Source: Felis catus
Lineage: Eukaryota
Direction of reading: 5' to 3'
Length of the DNA stretch: 64,000 nucleotides
Assembly (NCBI RefSeq): GCF_018350175.1
Contig: NC_058368.1
Span: 52,702,001-52,766,000, forward strand
Position numbers and translations under genes: made by a program
Notes under the pieces: generated by a model
Database searches by the model: none
What the model saw: only the letters and a program-made list of their open reading frames with translations
Told to the model about the DNA's origin: nothing
Shown: in pieces, positions 48,828 to 60,615 of the stretch
Layout: each line of letters begins with the position of its first letter
How positions within the stretch are numbered: the stretch's first letter is position 1

Positions 48828-49050
48828 TTTAGTTTAGTTTAGTTTTTAAATGTTTATTTATCATTTTTGAGAGAGAGACAGAGTGCGAGCGGAGGAAGAA
48901 CAGAGAGAGAGGGAGACACAGAACCTGAAGCAGCCTCCAGGCTCCGAGCTGTCAGCACAAAGCCCGATGTGGGGCTCAAACTCACAAACCGTGGGATCAT
49001 GACCTGAGCCAAAGTCAGACGCTTAACCAACTGAGCCACTCAGGTATCCC
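48828..49050 (-). mobile_element. Can-SINE inside L1
   Basis: TSD gcaagtttagttt at 48823-48835 and 49051-49063. Confidence 0.96.
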
Positions 49051-49686
49051 GCAAGTTTAGTTTTATAAAAAACTGCCAAACCATTTTTCAAAGTGGTCAT
49101 ATCATATTCCCACTAACAATGTGTGAATTATCTAGTTTCTTCACATCGCCTTAAGCATTTGATGTTGTCATTATTTTTTATTTCAGACATTCTGATAGGT
49201 GTACGGTGATACCTTGTTGTTTTAATTTGCCCTTCTTTAGTGGCTAATGATGTTGAACTTCTTTTCATGTATTTATTTCCCATATATATTCTCTTCAGTG
49301 AAATGTTTGTTCATGTTTTTTGCCCATTTTTTCATTGGGTTGTTTGTTTCTTTTACTGTTGAGTTTTGAGAGTTCCTTATATATTCTAGATATGGGTTCT
49401 TTTTGGATTTATGTTTTGCAGATATTTTATCTCAATTTGTAGCTTGTCTTTTCAGCCTCTTAACAGGGCTTTTCACAGAGCAAAGTTTAATTTTGAAGAG
49501 ATGTAGCATCAACTTTTCCTTGTAGGGTTCATGGCTTGGTGGTAAATTTAAAATTTTGCCTGGCCCTAGATCCTGAAGACCTTATCATATGTTTTTTTCT
49601 AAGGTTTTATAGTTTTATATTATACATTTAAATTGGTGATTCATTTTGAGTTAATTTTTGCATAAGGTATTAGATTTAGGTTGAGG

Positions 49687-49753
49687 TTCTTTTTTTTCTT
49701 CTTCCCTTCCTCCCTCCCTCCTTTTCTCCCTACTCCTTTTCCTCTCTTTCTCC

Positions 49754-49792
<39 letters not shown>

Positions 49793-49838
49793 TTCTTTTC
49801 TTTTCTTTTCTTTTCTTTTCTTTTCTTTTCTTTCTTCT
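49687..49838. repeat. About 150-bp polypyrimidine tract ((CCCT)n/(CTTT)n/(CTTTT)n)
   Basis: Direct reading; a single purine interruption. Confidence 0.95.
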
Positions 49839-50412
49839 GTGTCTATGGATGTCCAATTGCTCTAGCACCATTTGTTAAAAGACTATTGTTCTTCCATTGA
49901 ATTGCTTTTGTGTTTTTGTCAAAAATCAGTTGTGGATATTTGTGTGGATTTATTTCTAAGTTCCTTATTCTGTTCTTTGATCTCTATGTCTATTCTGCCA
50001 ATACCATATACTCTCGATTATATGACTATATCTTCGCCAGAATATCGGGTAGAGTGATTCCTCCCATTTTCTTATTATTTTTCAAGAACGTATGAGCTAT
50101 TTGAACACTTATGCTTTTCCATGTAAATTAAATTTGTAAATTTTAGAATAAGTTTGTCTATGCCCACAACATAGACAAAAACTTCTTGCTGGGATTTTGA
50201 TAGGAATGCTAAACTTACAGGTCAATTTGGGGGAGAATTGACGTATTTATTATATAAAGTCTTTCAATCCATGAACATGGTCTGTCTCTCTATTTAAGTC
50301 TACTTTGATTTCTGTCATGAGCTTTTTAGTTTTCAGCACATGGATTGTGTACATATTTTATTGAGTTTATATGTAAGGATTTTATTTTCTTGGAGCAATT
50401 GTATCAATGGGA

Positions 50413-50583
50413 TTTTTAAGTGTTTATTTACTTAATTTGAGAGAGAGAGAGAGTGCACACACGTGCAAGTGACTCTATTAGCACAGAGCCAGTCATGTGG
50501 CACAATCTCACAACCATGAGATCATGATCTGAACTGAAATCAAGAGTTGGATGCTTAACTGACTGAGCCAACTAGGCGTCCCT
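50413..50583 (-). mobile_element. Can-SINE with an internal deletion
   Basis: Reverse copy ending ctgagccaactaggcgtcccc. Confidence 0.88.
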
Positions 50584-50869
50584 GAGTGAAAATTTTTAAT
50601 GCAATTGCCCTGATTGTATCCAGTCATTATATATTATGTGTGTTGGTGGAGGGGGCAAATGGCTTGTCTTTTATTTTGTAGGCTGTCAGACCAAGAGGAA
50701 CCACATCTTGATCTGAAGGAGAGGACTGCACATCTCCCAGAATTCCTCAACTTTAAATTCATTTAATAACTAGATGAAATATTTGGATTGTCTTTTTTGA
50801 GAAGTGGGTGAATGTGTTCTATGTATGTGAAGAAAAGAGCACATGGGTCTTTGCATGGCGAAAGGGGTG

Positions 50870-51300
50870 GATTGGGGCAGAAATTGTCTCTTTATATTCT
50901 GTTATTCCTTTCTGCACAGTAATAGAATTTTCCGAATTTTTCAGAAAGTCACCCAATTTTTGGCTTCATTTTTCAGCCTCACTTACACTTAAATGTAGCC
51001 ATGTGATTAAGCTCTGGCCTATTGGTATAAGTGGATATGATATACCAAGTTTTGGAGTTCAATCTTTAAAGAGGAAGAATGTAGCCATTGTGGTTCCTCT
51101 TCCATCCTTCTAGCTACCTGGAGTGTGAATGCAGGGCTGGGCCCTTCTGGATGTGAATGAAGGTAACACTCTCCATTCACATCAAGGGGATGTGAACAGT
51201 AGTAGGGATATTAGACAAACAAGATGGAAAGAGTCAGGGTCCCTGAAGTGTGAAGCCATAATATCAGCAAAAAACTGCTTATGCTCAGTTTGGGGCCCTT
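50870..51300 (+). mobile_element. Old MaLR LTR remnant
   Basis: ttttcagcctcacttacacttaaatgtagccatgtgattaagctctggcctattgg...aacaagatggaaagagtcagggtccctga. Confidence 0.55.
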
Positions 51301-51867
51301 TTACAGGAGTTGAACCCACATCCTAAAGTATAATTTACTGAGCAAGAGACAAGAACTATTAATATTTGGGGGTAACACTTAGCAATCATTTTTCTAAGTG
51401 AACATATGGTTAAAATTATATTTTATTTTCATTTCTCTATATTTACTTTTGTTAAACAATATATATGACTGCCTTCTTTGTCAAAAGATGTACAACTATG
51501 ATTATACTTTTAAATAATGACAAGCATTCCAATATGTATCTACCATAGTTTAATTAGCCATTTTCTCATTCTTAGCCAGTTTTTGCTATGATAGATAGTA
51601 TTATAATGAATGCATTTTTATATAAATCCTTGACCACATTTTTGACCATTTCTTTTGGATGGATTATCAAAATTACTTGTTACTTGAGCAAGAGAATAAG
51701 GCTCTGTAAACCTGACAAATTAATTCCAGAAAACTGCACTAGTAAATGTATGTTTTCTTGTCCCCTTACCAAGATAATTAACATTTTAAAAATGCTTTTG
51801 CTATTTAGATATTTGAAAACAGTATCTTCTTGTTATTTGAATTTGCATTTTAAAAATGACCAATAAA

Positions 51868-52098
51868 GGGCGCCTGGGTGGCTCAGTTGGTTAGGCATCT
51901 AACTTTAGCTCAGGTTATGATCTCATAGTTCATGAGTTCGAGCCCCACATCGGGTTCTGTGCTGACAGCTCAGAGCCGGAGCCTGCTTTGGATTCTGTGT
52001 CTCCTGCTCTCTCTGTCCCTCCCCCCCCCCCCCCCACATTCTGTCTTTCTCTCAAAAATAAATAAGCATTAAAAAAATAAAAATAAAAAATAAAAAAA
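51868..52098 (+). mobile_element. Can-SINE (SINEC_Fc)
   Basis: TSD aaaaatgaccaataa at 51852-51866 and 52094-52108. Confidence 0.97.
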
Positions 52099-52176
52099 TG
52101 ACCAATAAGATTGAATTGTTTTTCTCATTTATATCAGAACCATGAAATTCTTCTTCCATAAAATAGCCATTCGTAT

Positions 52177-53860
52177 TATTAAAAGATAAACTGAGGCACA
52201 TTAATTTTTTTAATTAATTAATTTTTATTTTTAAATTTACATCCAAGTTAGTTAGCATATAGTACAACAATGATTTCAGGAGTAGATCACAGTGAGTCAT
52301 CCCCTATGTATAACACCCAGTGGTCATCCCAACAAGTGTCTTCCTTAATGCCCCTTAGCCATTTAGCCCATCCCCCAACCCACAATCCCTGCAGCAACCC
52401 TCAATTTGTTCTCTGTATTTAAGAGTCTCTTATGTTTTGCCCATATCGCTTAGAATAATATCCTCTAGTTCCATCCGTGTTGTTGCAAATGGCAAGATTT
52501 CATTCTTTTTGATTGCCGAGTAATACTCCATTGTATATATATTCCATATCTTCTTTATCCATTCATCTGTTGATGGACATTTGGGCTCTTTCCATACTTT
52601 GGCTATGGGAGATAGTGCTACTATAAACATGGGGGTGCATGTGCCCCTTCAAAACAGCACACCTATATCCCTTGGATGAATACCTTGTAGTACAATTGCT
52701 GGATTGTAGGGTAGTTCTATTTTTAATTTTTTGAGGAAACTCCATTCTGTTTTCCAGAGTGGCTGCACCAGTTTGCATTCCCACAAACAATGCAAAAGAG
52801 ATCCTCTTTCTCTGCATCCTCGCCAACATCTGTTGTTACCTGAGTTGTTAATGTCAGCCACTGTGACAGGTGTGAGGTGGTATCTCATTGTGGTTTTGAT
52901 TTGTATTTTCCTGATGATGAGTGATGTTGACTATCTTTTCATGTGTCTGTTAGCCATCTGGATGTCTTCTTTGGAGAAGTGTCTATTCATGTCTTCTGCC
53001 CATTTCTTCACTGGATTATTTGTTTTTTGGGTGTTGAGTTTAATTTTGGGTATTAACCCTTTATCTGATATGTCATTTGCAAATATCTTTTCCCATTCCA
53101 TTGGTTGCCTTTTAGTTTTGCTGATTGTTTCATTTGCCATGCAGAAACTTTTTATCTTGATGAAGTCCCAATAGTTCACTTTTGTTTTTTATTTCCCTTG
53201 CCACTTCATGCTGAGTAAGTAGCTTCATGCTGAGTAAGAAGTTGCTGCAGCAGAGGTCAAAGAGGTTTTTGCCTGCTTTCTCCTCGAGGATTTTGATGGC
53301 TTCCTGTCTTACATTTAGGCCTTTCATCCATTTTGAGTTTATTTTTGTGTATGGTGTAAGAAAGTGGTCCAGGTTCGCTGTCCAGTTTTCCCAACACCAT
53401 TTGCTGAAGAGATTGTCTCTTTTGAATTGGATATTCTTTCCTGCTTTGTCAAAGATTAGTTGCCATACATTTGTGGGTCCACTTCTGGGTTGTATATTCT
53501 GTTCCATTGATTTAAGTGTCTGGTTTTGGGGCACATTAAATTTTTGACAGTTCAAAATCAGGAGATGCCAAACTGAAACTGGTTAGCAGAGCTGCACCAG
53601 CAGGAGCTAAGGAAAAGGCCTTTATAGAGCAGATACAGAAGCAACCAAGGGAATTATTTAATTGGCTGTATCTTCAGGGGTTTACCTTATTTGGGAAAAT
53701 CTAGTTGGCTGTTTGTGATTGGTTTTTCTTAAGTTTGATTTCTTAATCTTGAGGCATTTATAGGAATCCACTCTGGCTTTGGTTTGTTTTTGCTTTCATA
53801 GGCTGCCAACGTAATAGAGCCACCTTAGTCTAAGGGCCTTTTTGTGTAATTACTTTTACA
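52177..53860. mobile_element. ERV1-type solo LTR (MER34-like) split by an L1
   Basis: tattaaaagataaactgaggcacattaa [L1] ...gccaaactgaaactggttag...ttatttaattggctgta...ctagttggctgtttgtgattgg...ttttaca. Confidence 0.6.
52205..53529 (-). mobile_element. 5'-truncated carnivore/felid L1 (ORF2 C-terminus plus 3' UTR), frameshifted
   Basis: Minus-strand ORFs [10 protein letters not shown]...[17 protein letters not shown]...[33 protein letters not shown] and KCPSTDEWIKK...YYSAIKKNE; TSD ggcacattaa at 52195-52204 and 53530-53539. Confidence 0.97.
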
Positions 53861-53866
53861 AAATTC

Positions 53867-54089
53867 TTTTTTTTTTAATTTTTTTTAAATGTTTTTTATC
53901 TCAGAGAGAGAATGAGACAGAGGGCAAGCAAGGGAGGGGCAGAGAGAGAGGGAGACACAGAATCTGAAAGAGGCTTCAGGCTCTGAGCTGTCAGCACAGA
54001 GCTTGATGCAGGACTCGAACCTATGAGCCGTGAGATCATAACCTGAGCCAAAGTCTGACACTTAACCAACCGAGCCACCCAGGCACCCC
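53867..54089 (-). mobile_element. Can-SINE
   Basis: Full reverse copy. Confidence 0.95.
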
Positions 54090-54235
54090 GAATTCATTTC
54101 TTATATTACTGTTGATCCTTAGATAATGATTTCATTGTCTACTTTACGTGAATTCCTTTTGTATTGAGAATATTCATTCTTTATAATATAGCATATGTTT
54201 TCCTAATTTGTTCTATGTCTTTTAACTTTATGATA

Positions 54236-54469
54236 TTTTTCTTTTTTAATTTTTTTTTCAACGTTTTTTTAATTATTTATTTTTTTGGACAGAGAGAGAC
54301 AGAGCATGAACGGGGGAGGGGCAGAGAGAGAGGGAGACACAGAATCGGAAACAGGCTCCAGGCTCTGAGCCATCAGCCCAGAGCCTGACGCGGGGCTCGA
54401 ACTCCCGGACCCGAGATCGTGACCTGGCTGAAGTTGGACGCTTAACCGACTGTGCCACCCAGGCGCCCC
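54236..54469 (-). mobile_element. Very young Can-SINE
   Basis: Perfect 18-bp TSD taactttatgatattttt at 54223-54240 and 54470-54487; same diagnostic bases as the 29502 copy. Confidence 0.98.
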
Positions 54470-54624
54470 TAACTTTATGATATTTTTGATCAGCTAAAGT
54501 TCTGAATGTAAAATGATTTAGGATATATTGGCATTTCCTTTCATTCTTCCATTAGTTTTATGATCAGAAAGCATTTCTTTCTTCAGAAATAAGATATATT
54601 TTCAAATTTTCTATTATCTTGGAG

Positions 54625-54767
54625 TTTTTTTGTTTTTGTTTTTTTTTTAAGTAGGCCTCACATCCAAGTGCCAAGCCAACATGGGGCTTATACTCACAAT
54701 GCTGAGATCAAAACCTGAGCTGAGATCAAGAGTTGGTTCCTTAACCAACTGAGCCACCCGGCTCCCC
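54625..54767 (-). mobile_element. Short, older Can-SINE
   Basis: tttaagtaggcctcacatccaagtgccaagccaacatggggc...gagccacccggctcccc. Confidence 0.88.
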
Positions 54768-54957
54768 TAAATTTTCTTATATTTTAAAATATTTTTATTT
54801 TTACATGGATTTCTGAAAGTAACTTAAAACGTATTTTAGTGTATGGTATGAGGAATCTAAATAATTATTTTATCATACATAGTTTTCTCAGTGACATAAT
54901 TCGATTATTTCATTTCTTTCCCATTTATGATTCTTGCATGATCACATATTGCATTTT

Positions 54958-55203
54958 TACAGCATGATGACTGTAGTTAACACTGCTGTTTGATATGTAG
55001 AAAGTTGTAAAGAGAGACGATCATAAGGGTTCTCATCACAAGGAGAAATGTTTTCTTTTGATTGTATCTAGATGAAACGATTGATGATAATTATACCTAC
55101 TGAGGTAATCTATTTCACAATAGAAGTAAATCAAACCATCATGCTGGACACCTTGAACCTACACAGTCATATGTGTTAATTACTTCTCAATAAAACTGGA
55201 AAC
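54958..55203 (+). mobile_element. L1MC-type 3' end
   Basis: acagcatgatgactgtagttaacactgctg...ttctcatcacaagg...tctcaataaaactggaaa. Confidence 0.8.
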
Positions 55204-55912
55204 AATTTTATTTTACATATACTAGGGTTTATATGGCTGTCTCTATGGTTCTTCCATTTACTCCAAATAGCAACTGTATTTTTATTGGCTCTTCAATATT
55301 ATATTTCAAAAAAATTTAATATAAAAAAGCCAAAGAATGATACAATAATCATTCATATTCCAACTACCCAGAATTAATATTAACATTTTTCACATTTGCA
55401 TTGGTACACAATTATTTTAGTTATTTTGGCTATGTAATATTTCATCATAACTGGCAGGGCAACTTCCATATAACTATTTTTTTCCAAAAGTTTCTTACCT
55501 GTTTTTACTTATTTATTCTTTAAATGAACTTTAAAACCATTTTATTAAGTTCTAAAAATTCATTGAGAGTTTCATTTTTTTTAGAATTTTGCTGATAAAT
55601 AATTTACAAAGAAATGATATTCCCAACCAGAAAAATCACATTCTCTTATTTTCTTGTATCTTCTTTACAGTTCTCCATAGATTCACATAGTTTTTGTCAA
55701 CATGGATATCACATATTTTGAGTTAAATTATTTCTTAGTACCCAATGATTACTTAAAGTTTTGGTATCTCTTTCTCCCATTGTATCTTCAAATGGGTTAC
55801 ACACTTTTACGCGTTTATTCTCACATTGGATTTGAAGAACCTAGTTTGGAATGGTTAGACACCTTTCTTAAATTATACAATAGAGTGGAAGAATGAGATT
55901 TGTACCTATGTC

Positions 55913-56062
55913 TTTTTAATTCCTAATTAAAGTATAGTTGACATACAATATTATATTGGTTTCAGGTGTACACATAGTGATTGCACAATTATATAGGTTA
56001 CAAAATGTTCACTGTGCAAAGCCTAGTTACCATCTGTCACCATACAATGTTATTATGACAGT
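55913..56062 (-). mobile_element. L1 3' end (L1MA9/carnivore type)
   Basis: aagtatagttgacatacaatattatattggtttcaggtgtacacatagtgatt. Confidence 0.85.
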
Positions 56063-57944
56063 GTTTTTACTGAGGGTACAAGTAGTCCTTCCATTCTGTT
56101 CCATTCTATCACCTTCTGATACTGGCAAAGAGCCTAAAAACTACTGATAAGAACTAGGATATGAAACACAGTGTCAAGTTCTGAAATGGAGAAACAATAT
56201 CATGAGGACTGGCTTTTGCATTCAAGACACATCCTTTGAAAGACAAAAACCAAGTGGAAGACACGTAATTAATTGCAAAACAATGAAAGAGATCAGCACA
56301 ATTGTTTTGCAATAGTGATTACTCAGTGGACCCCTATGAATTGAGTGAATGCAAGATGAGCTTTCACCAGATTTCCTGTTTTTGCTGTTGCCCACTCAGC
56401 CCCTTTTTTGGCTGCTGCACTTTTTACTGCTGGTGCTTATTTTTGTTCTGGCTTCTAGATGCCTGTGGCTGTGTATTCACCAATGTTAAATAAACAGTCT
56501 GCATCCTCCAGCTGGATGCCCTGCTTTCTGAGAAATGTCTGTGGTTTTATTGCAACAAGTCCTAATGAAACTTGGTCCAATTACATAAACTTATTAAATA
56601 TTATATGAATAACATTGCCACCACCATGATGTATGTTGTGATTCACTCCCGACTCGACTGGCAATAAATAGCCATTCCCCCAGACAGATAAGCTTTTGCA
56701 GATGGCTACCTCTGTTCCTCAGCTGGCTGCTGTTCCCTCAGAAAGCTGACTTGGCTCCACAGCCGCGGAAACTATAGCGTAACCAGGATGCTGATGAAGA
56801 GCAAGCCTGGAGCAGGGCAGAAGGGGGGTCATTTATCACAGGATAAAAATTCTTCCTTTCTACAGGTGGAGGAAGGAGATGCAGGGTAACAGCAGGAGCA
56901 GAGTTCATCTGGCAGATTTATTTATTTTTTAAATAAATACTCTAGGACTTACTCAAGAGTTGTGCTCTTGAAGGTAGTCAGTCATCTCAGGAGAATCATC
57001 GTTTTCTAACTTCTCTTGAGAAATCTCTTGCAGAACATGCCTTCGTGATAGTATTTCATATGTCAAATAACATTTGATATTTCATATATGCCTTCTGCGG
57101 AGCCCCATCTTGTTTCTTTGACGATGGCTTTCATTTCTGGAAATGGCCAAAATTCACTGGAAATGAAATCTTCTGGGTAAAGCTGGTGAATAAAATAGAG
57201 AGCTGGATGTTTGATGATGACTGACATGTGATTGTGCTGTGATCAAGCGGATTTTTATTTGGACTTGAACTGGTTTTAATGACAAAGAAGTTAAACATAA
57301 TGGCAGCTCATTGGTTTGCATAGATTTATACATTTATAGTTCCTGAGGCTCCTTTTTTTTAAGGTCAAACTCATTTGTAAAAATACATTCTAGGTTGCCT
57401 AGTTAAATGCCAGTCATATGATCTGAATACCTCTTCCGTGTCTTGTCAGAAAATTGTGGGATTAACCAGAGCTTCACTATGTCCTCCTGCTGCCAAACCC
57501 AGATTGCTTCTCATTTAGTTTGTTCCCTGTCCAGGAACCTGATAAAATGCATTTATCACGTGGTCTCACCCAGTCCCTAATGGAAGAGATGATTTCTGAG
57601 TATTAAAATGATTGATTAGTTGTTGGGCCACTTGGCCATTTCAGTGGTTTTCTTTTTCTGGAAAGTTGCAGCCATTTTACATCTTACTTTGCTATAGTTT
57701 GACAATATCCAAACTTATACTTATTCTCTTAGGTGATATCACTCCATCTTATTCAAAAGGAACTTAGACCTTCTGAAGTGACCTTGATAAAATGGGAATG
57801 GGCTTACTTAACCTTTTCAAAAGGCAAACTGGATGCATATATTATGAGATTCAATTATCCAATGATAAGCAAGAATAGCCTTGAAGAGAGGAAGAAGTGG
57901 ACCAAAGAGGAATCAAGAAAAAGCATTCTGGAAGCACCAACGGT

Positions 57945-58150
57945 ATAATAGCTGCCACCACCACGTCCTAAACGTGTGTCACATGCCATGCACTGTGTTT
58001 GGGACATTACCCATATTATCTCATTCAATTCTTGTTTCTACTGTATTTGGTAGCTATTTTCCTCCCACTTTCAGGATTGGTGCTCAAGATCACATGGTAA
58101 TAAGTAGTGGAACTTGGCTTTAAATCCGCATTTTCCTAATTACAAAGCCC
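57945..58150 (-). mobile_element. MIR remnant
   Basis: catgccatgcactgtg...attatctcattcaattc...ggtaataagtagtggaacttgg. Confidence 0.6.
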
Positions 58151-59939
58151 ATTTCTTTGTTCCAAACTTTATTTGATTTGCACTTTGACTAGGGCTGTAA
58201 AAGGTGTGTCGGCCATTACGGTAGAAGAAAGAAAGGAGATACTCATTTTCTTCATTTAAACTCTTGCGGCTAGTTTAGAACTTGGCTCAAAATGTCAAAG
58301 ACATAAAACGCAATACATAAACAGAATATAAAAATGCAATAATAGCTAGGTTTGGGACCCTGAAAAAGTCATTTAATGAAAAAAGATGGAATTGGCCCGC
58401 ACATACAATAGTACACCGAGTGAATTTCCTTATTAAAGAATGAAAGCATTTCGTAGTCCCCATTTTGCGTAATCTAAAATGTGGAAGAGAGGTTATCTTT
58501 ACACAACATTCTGCACTTTGATGTTTCCATTCGCTATGCCATTTTGGCTTTCTGATACAACACTCACTGTATAGTTAGTCTCCCTCTGAGAGCTTTCTTC
58601 CAGATCAAAAAAAGATGGAGTAGCATGGATTATTTTGGTTTGTGCATTGCTCCTTCTCTGAGGCAGAAATGTTTGCGTTTCTGTGGTAAGGTCACTGGGA
58701 GACTAGCTCTGCACATAGAATTTCAAATATAGCCTTTGTACTCCATTTCTCTCAGTTAATTTACATATTGTTGCTGTATCACCTGTTAGCTTTGCAGAGA
58801 GCATACATTCAAGAACAGTAGAAAGTTTGCTGTTGCCCAATGACGAGGTTGAGATATTTAGAGTAGATGGAAAATTAGATCTGGATGAGAAAGATTTCTT
58901 ACAAGATTCCTGTCCCCTCTCTCTTTCCTTCCACAGATATTGAAAACATCAAGAGAGATTCTTTGTTTTGCTTCACTCGATTGTTTTACATCACGTTTCA
59001 TAATATTGTTCATCCTTTTCCATTCCTTTCCACTTCTTAAAGCTTATTTTGCAATTTTTTTTTGCCACACTTTAGTGTTACGTTGGCCGTTGAGTTGTCA
59101 CTCTCCCCCATTAGACCACAAACTCTCTCTGTCTTGTTCAAGACTGTGTGCTCAGCGCACAGCCAAGCACTTGACACTTGTGGGTTATTTGTAGAATGAA
59201 TGAGCGTTAATTGAGTGGTTGGCTTCAATAATTTTTAACAGGATCACCAACACTTTCCCCTCAATATTCAACTAGATTTTTTTTGTTATCAATACATGGT
59301 ATCTTATTTAAGCAATAGAATAGTCTGAACACATAAATGTATTTTGCAAAAAGTGTACAAAAAGGCTAAGAGAAGTCGAGAAATTGGGCAGAAAAGGAGC
59401 TCCCGTGTATGTAGAATTATCAGCTCCTTTTTGTTTCTCTTCCAGGTTGCAGAGATTGAATTTTCTCCAGTTTACACTTCCCTCTGCAGCTGCTCACCCG
59501 TGGGGACTCTGTGAGCTTCCAAAGCTGTGCAGTCACAAAGGCTGCTGAGAGATTATTGCCCATGGGGAAACTGAGGAGTAGTGTGACTCGGGCTGCCAGT
59601 GCCACTAGAATTTATTTAGATTTTAGCATGATAATCCAGACACTGCCCACATTCTCAGAAAGACATGAGTTTAAGAGAAGTTTATTCGCCAATATAAGTG
59701 AGTAAATCTACTTTTTTTTTTCTTTTAAATTAGAAAGGGTCATACTTAGACAATGTAGATTCTTAGGTATTTGTCTTTATCAGCTTTTAATTTAGTTTTA
59801 CTTCCTCATATTTCCTCCTTTAAGTCTTTTTTTTTTTGTTTGGTTTTGGTGGAAGAGGAAGGAATGCAGAAAACAGAAAAATTATTTGTTATATTTTTTT
59901 ATTCTTACTCAGAAGTAATATGAAGTATCTGTCTACTTC

Positions 59940-60147
59940 TTTTTTTAAAATATGTTTATTTTTAAGAGGCAAAGACAGAGTGTGAGTAGGGTAGGAGCAG
60001 AGAGAGAGGGAGACACAGAATCCAAAGCAGGCTCCAGGCTCTGAGCTGTCAGCACAGAGCCCAATGCAGGACTTGAACTCACAAACAGTGAGATCACGAC
60101 CCGAGCTGAAGTCGGCCGCTTAACCAACTGAGTCACACAGGTGCCCC
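59940..60147 (-). mobile_element. Can-SINE
   Basis: TSD tctacttct at 59932-59940 and 60152-60160. Confidence 0.95.
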
Positions 60148-60400
60148 TCCCTCTACTTCTAATAAAAGACTGGTATAGATGAGTCAGCCTAATTTAGGTC
60201 ATGTTTATTCGTCAATACCAACATTATAAGCCCATTTAATTCAATTCAACAAATATTTATTGACCATTTTCTCTCTGGGTAATGAGATGTGACTATGTGG
60301 TCCGTATAAATATAATAAATATATAAATGAAATTAAAAATGAGACCAATTATTTAAGCCATTCACACACAAAAATGAGCACATCAACAATATAGATAATA

Positions 60401-60615
60401 TTTTTTAAGTTTATTTATGTATTTTCAGAGAGAGAAAGTGTGCCCACAAGTGGGGGAGGGGCAGAGAGAGAGAGGGAGAGAGAGAGCATCCCGAGCAGGC
60501 TCCATGCTGTCAGCACAGAGCCTGACGCAAGGCTTGAACTCACAAACTGTGAGATCATGACCTGAGCTGAAATCCAGAGTCAGATGCTTACCTGACCGAG
60601 CCACCCAAAAGCCCC
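60401..60615 (-). mobile_element. Can-SINE
   Basis: Full reverse copy. Confidence 0.94.

Larger units (their letters stand above)
47975..50410 (-). mobile_element. Old L1M element(s): 3' UTR plus ORF2 remnants, interrupted by SINEs and a pyrimidine tract
   Basis: Typical reverse L1 text (ttgttgctgagtagtattccatgg..., aactgccaaaccatttttcaaagtgg..., cattttgagttaatttttgcataagg); peptide NLNLIPYAKINSK. Confidence 0.88.

Noticed and set aside
52430..53555. L1 ORF2-like ORFs as an active or domesticated gene
   Set aside because: 5'-truncated L1 with frameshifts and deletions
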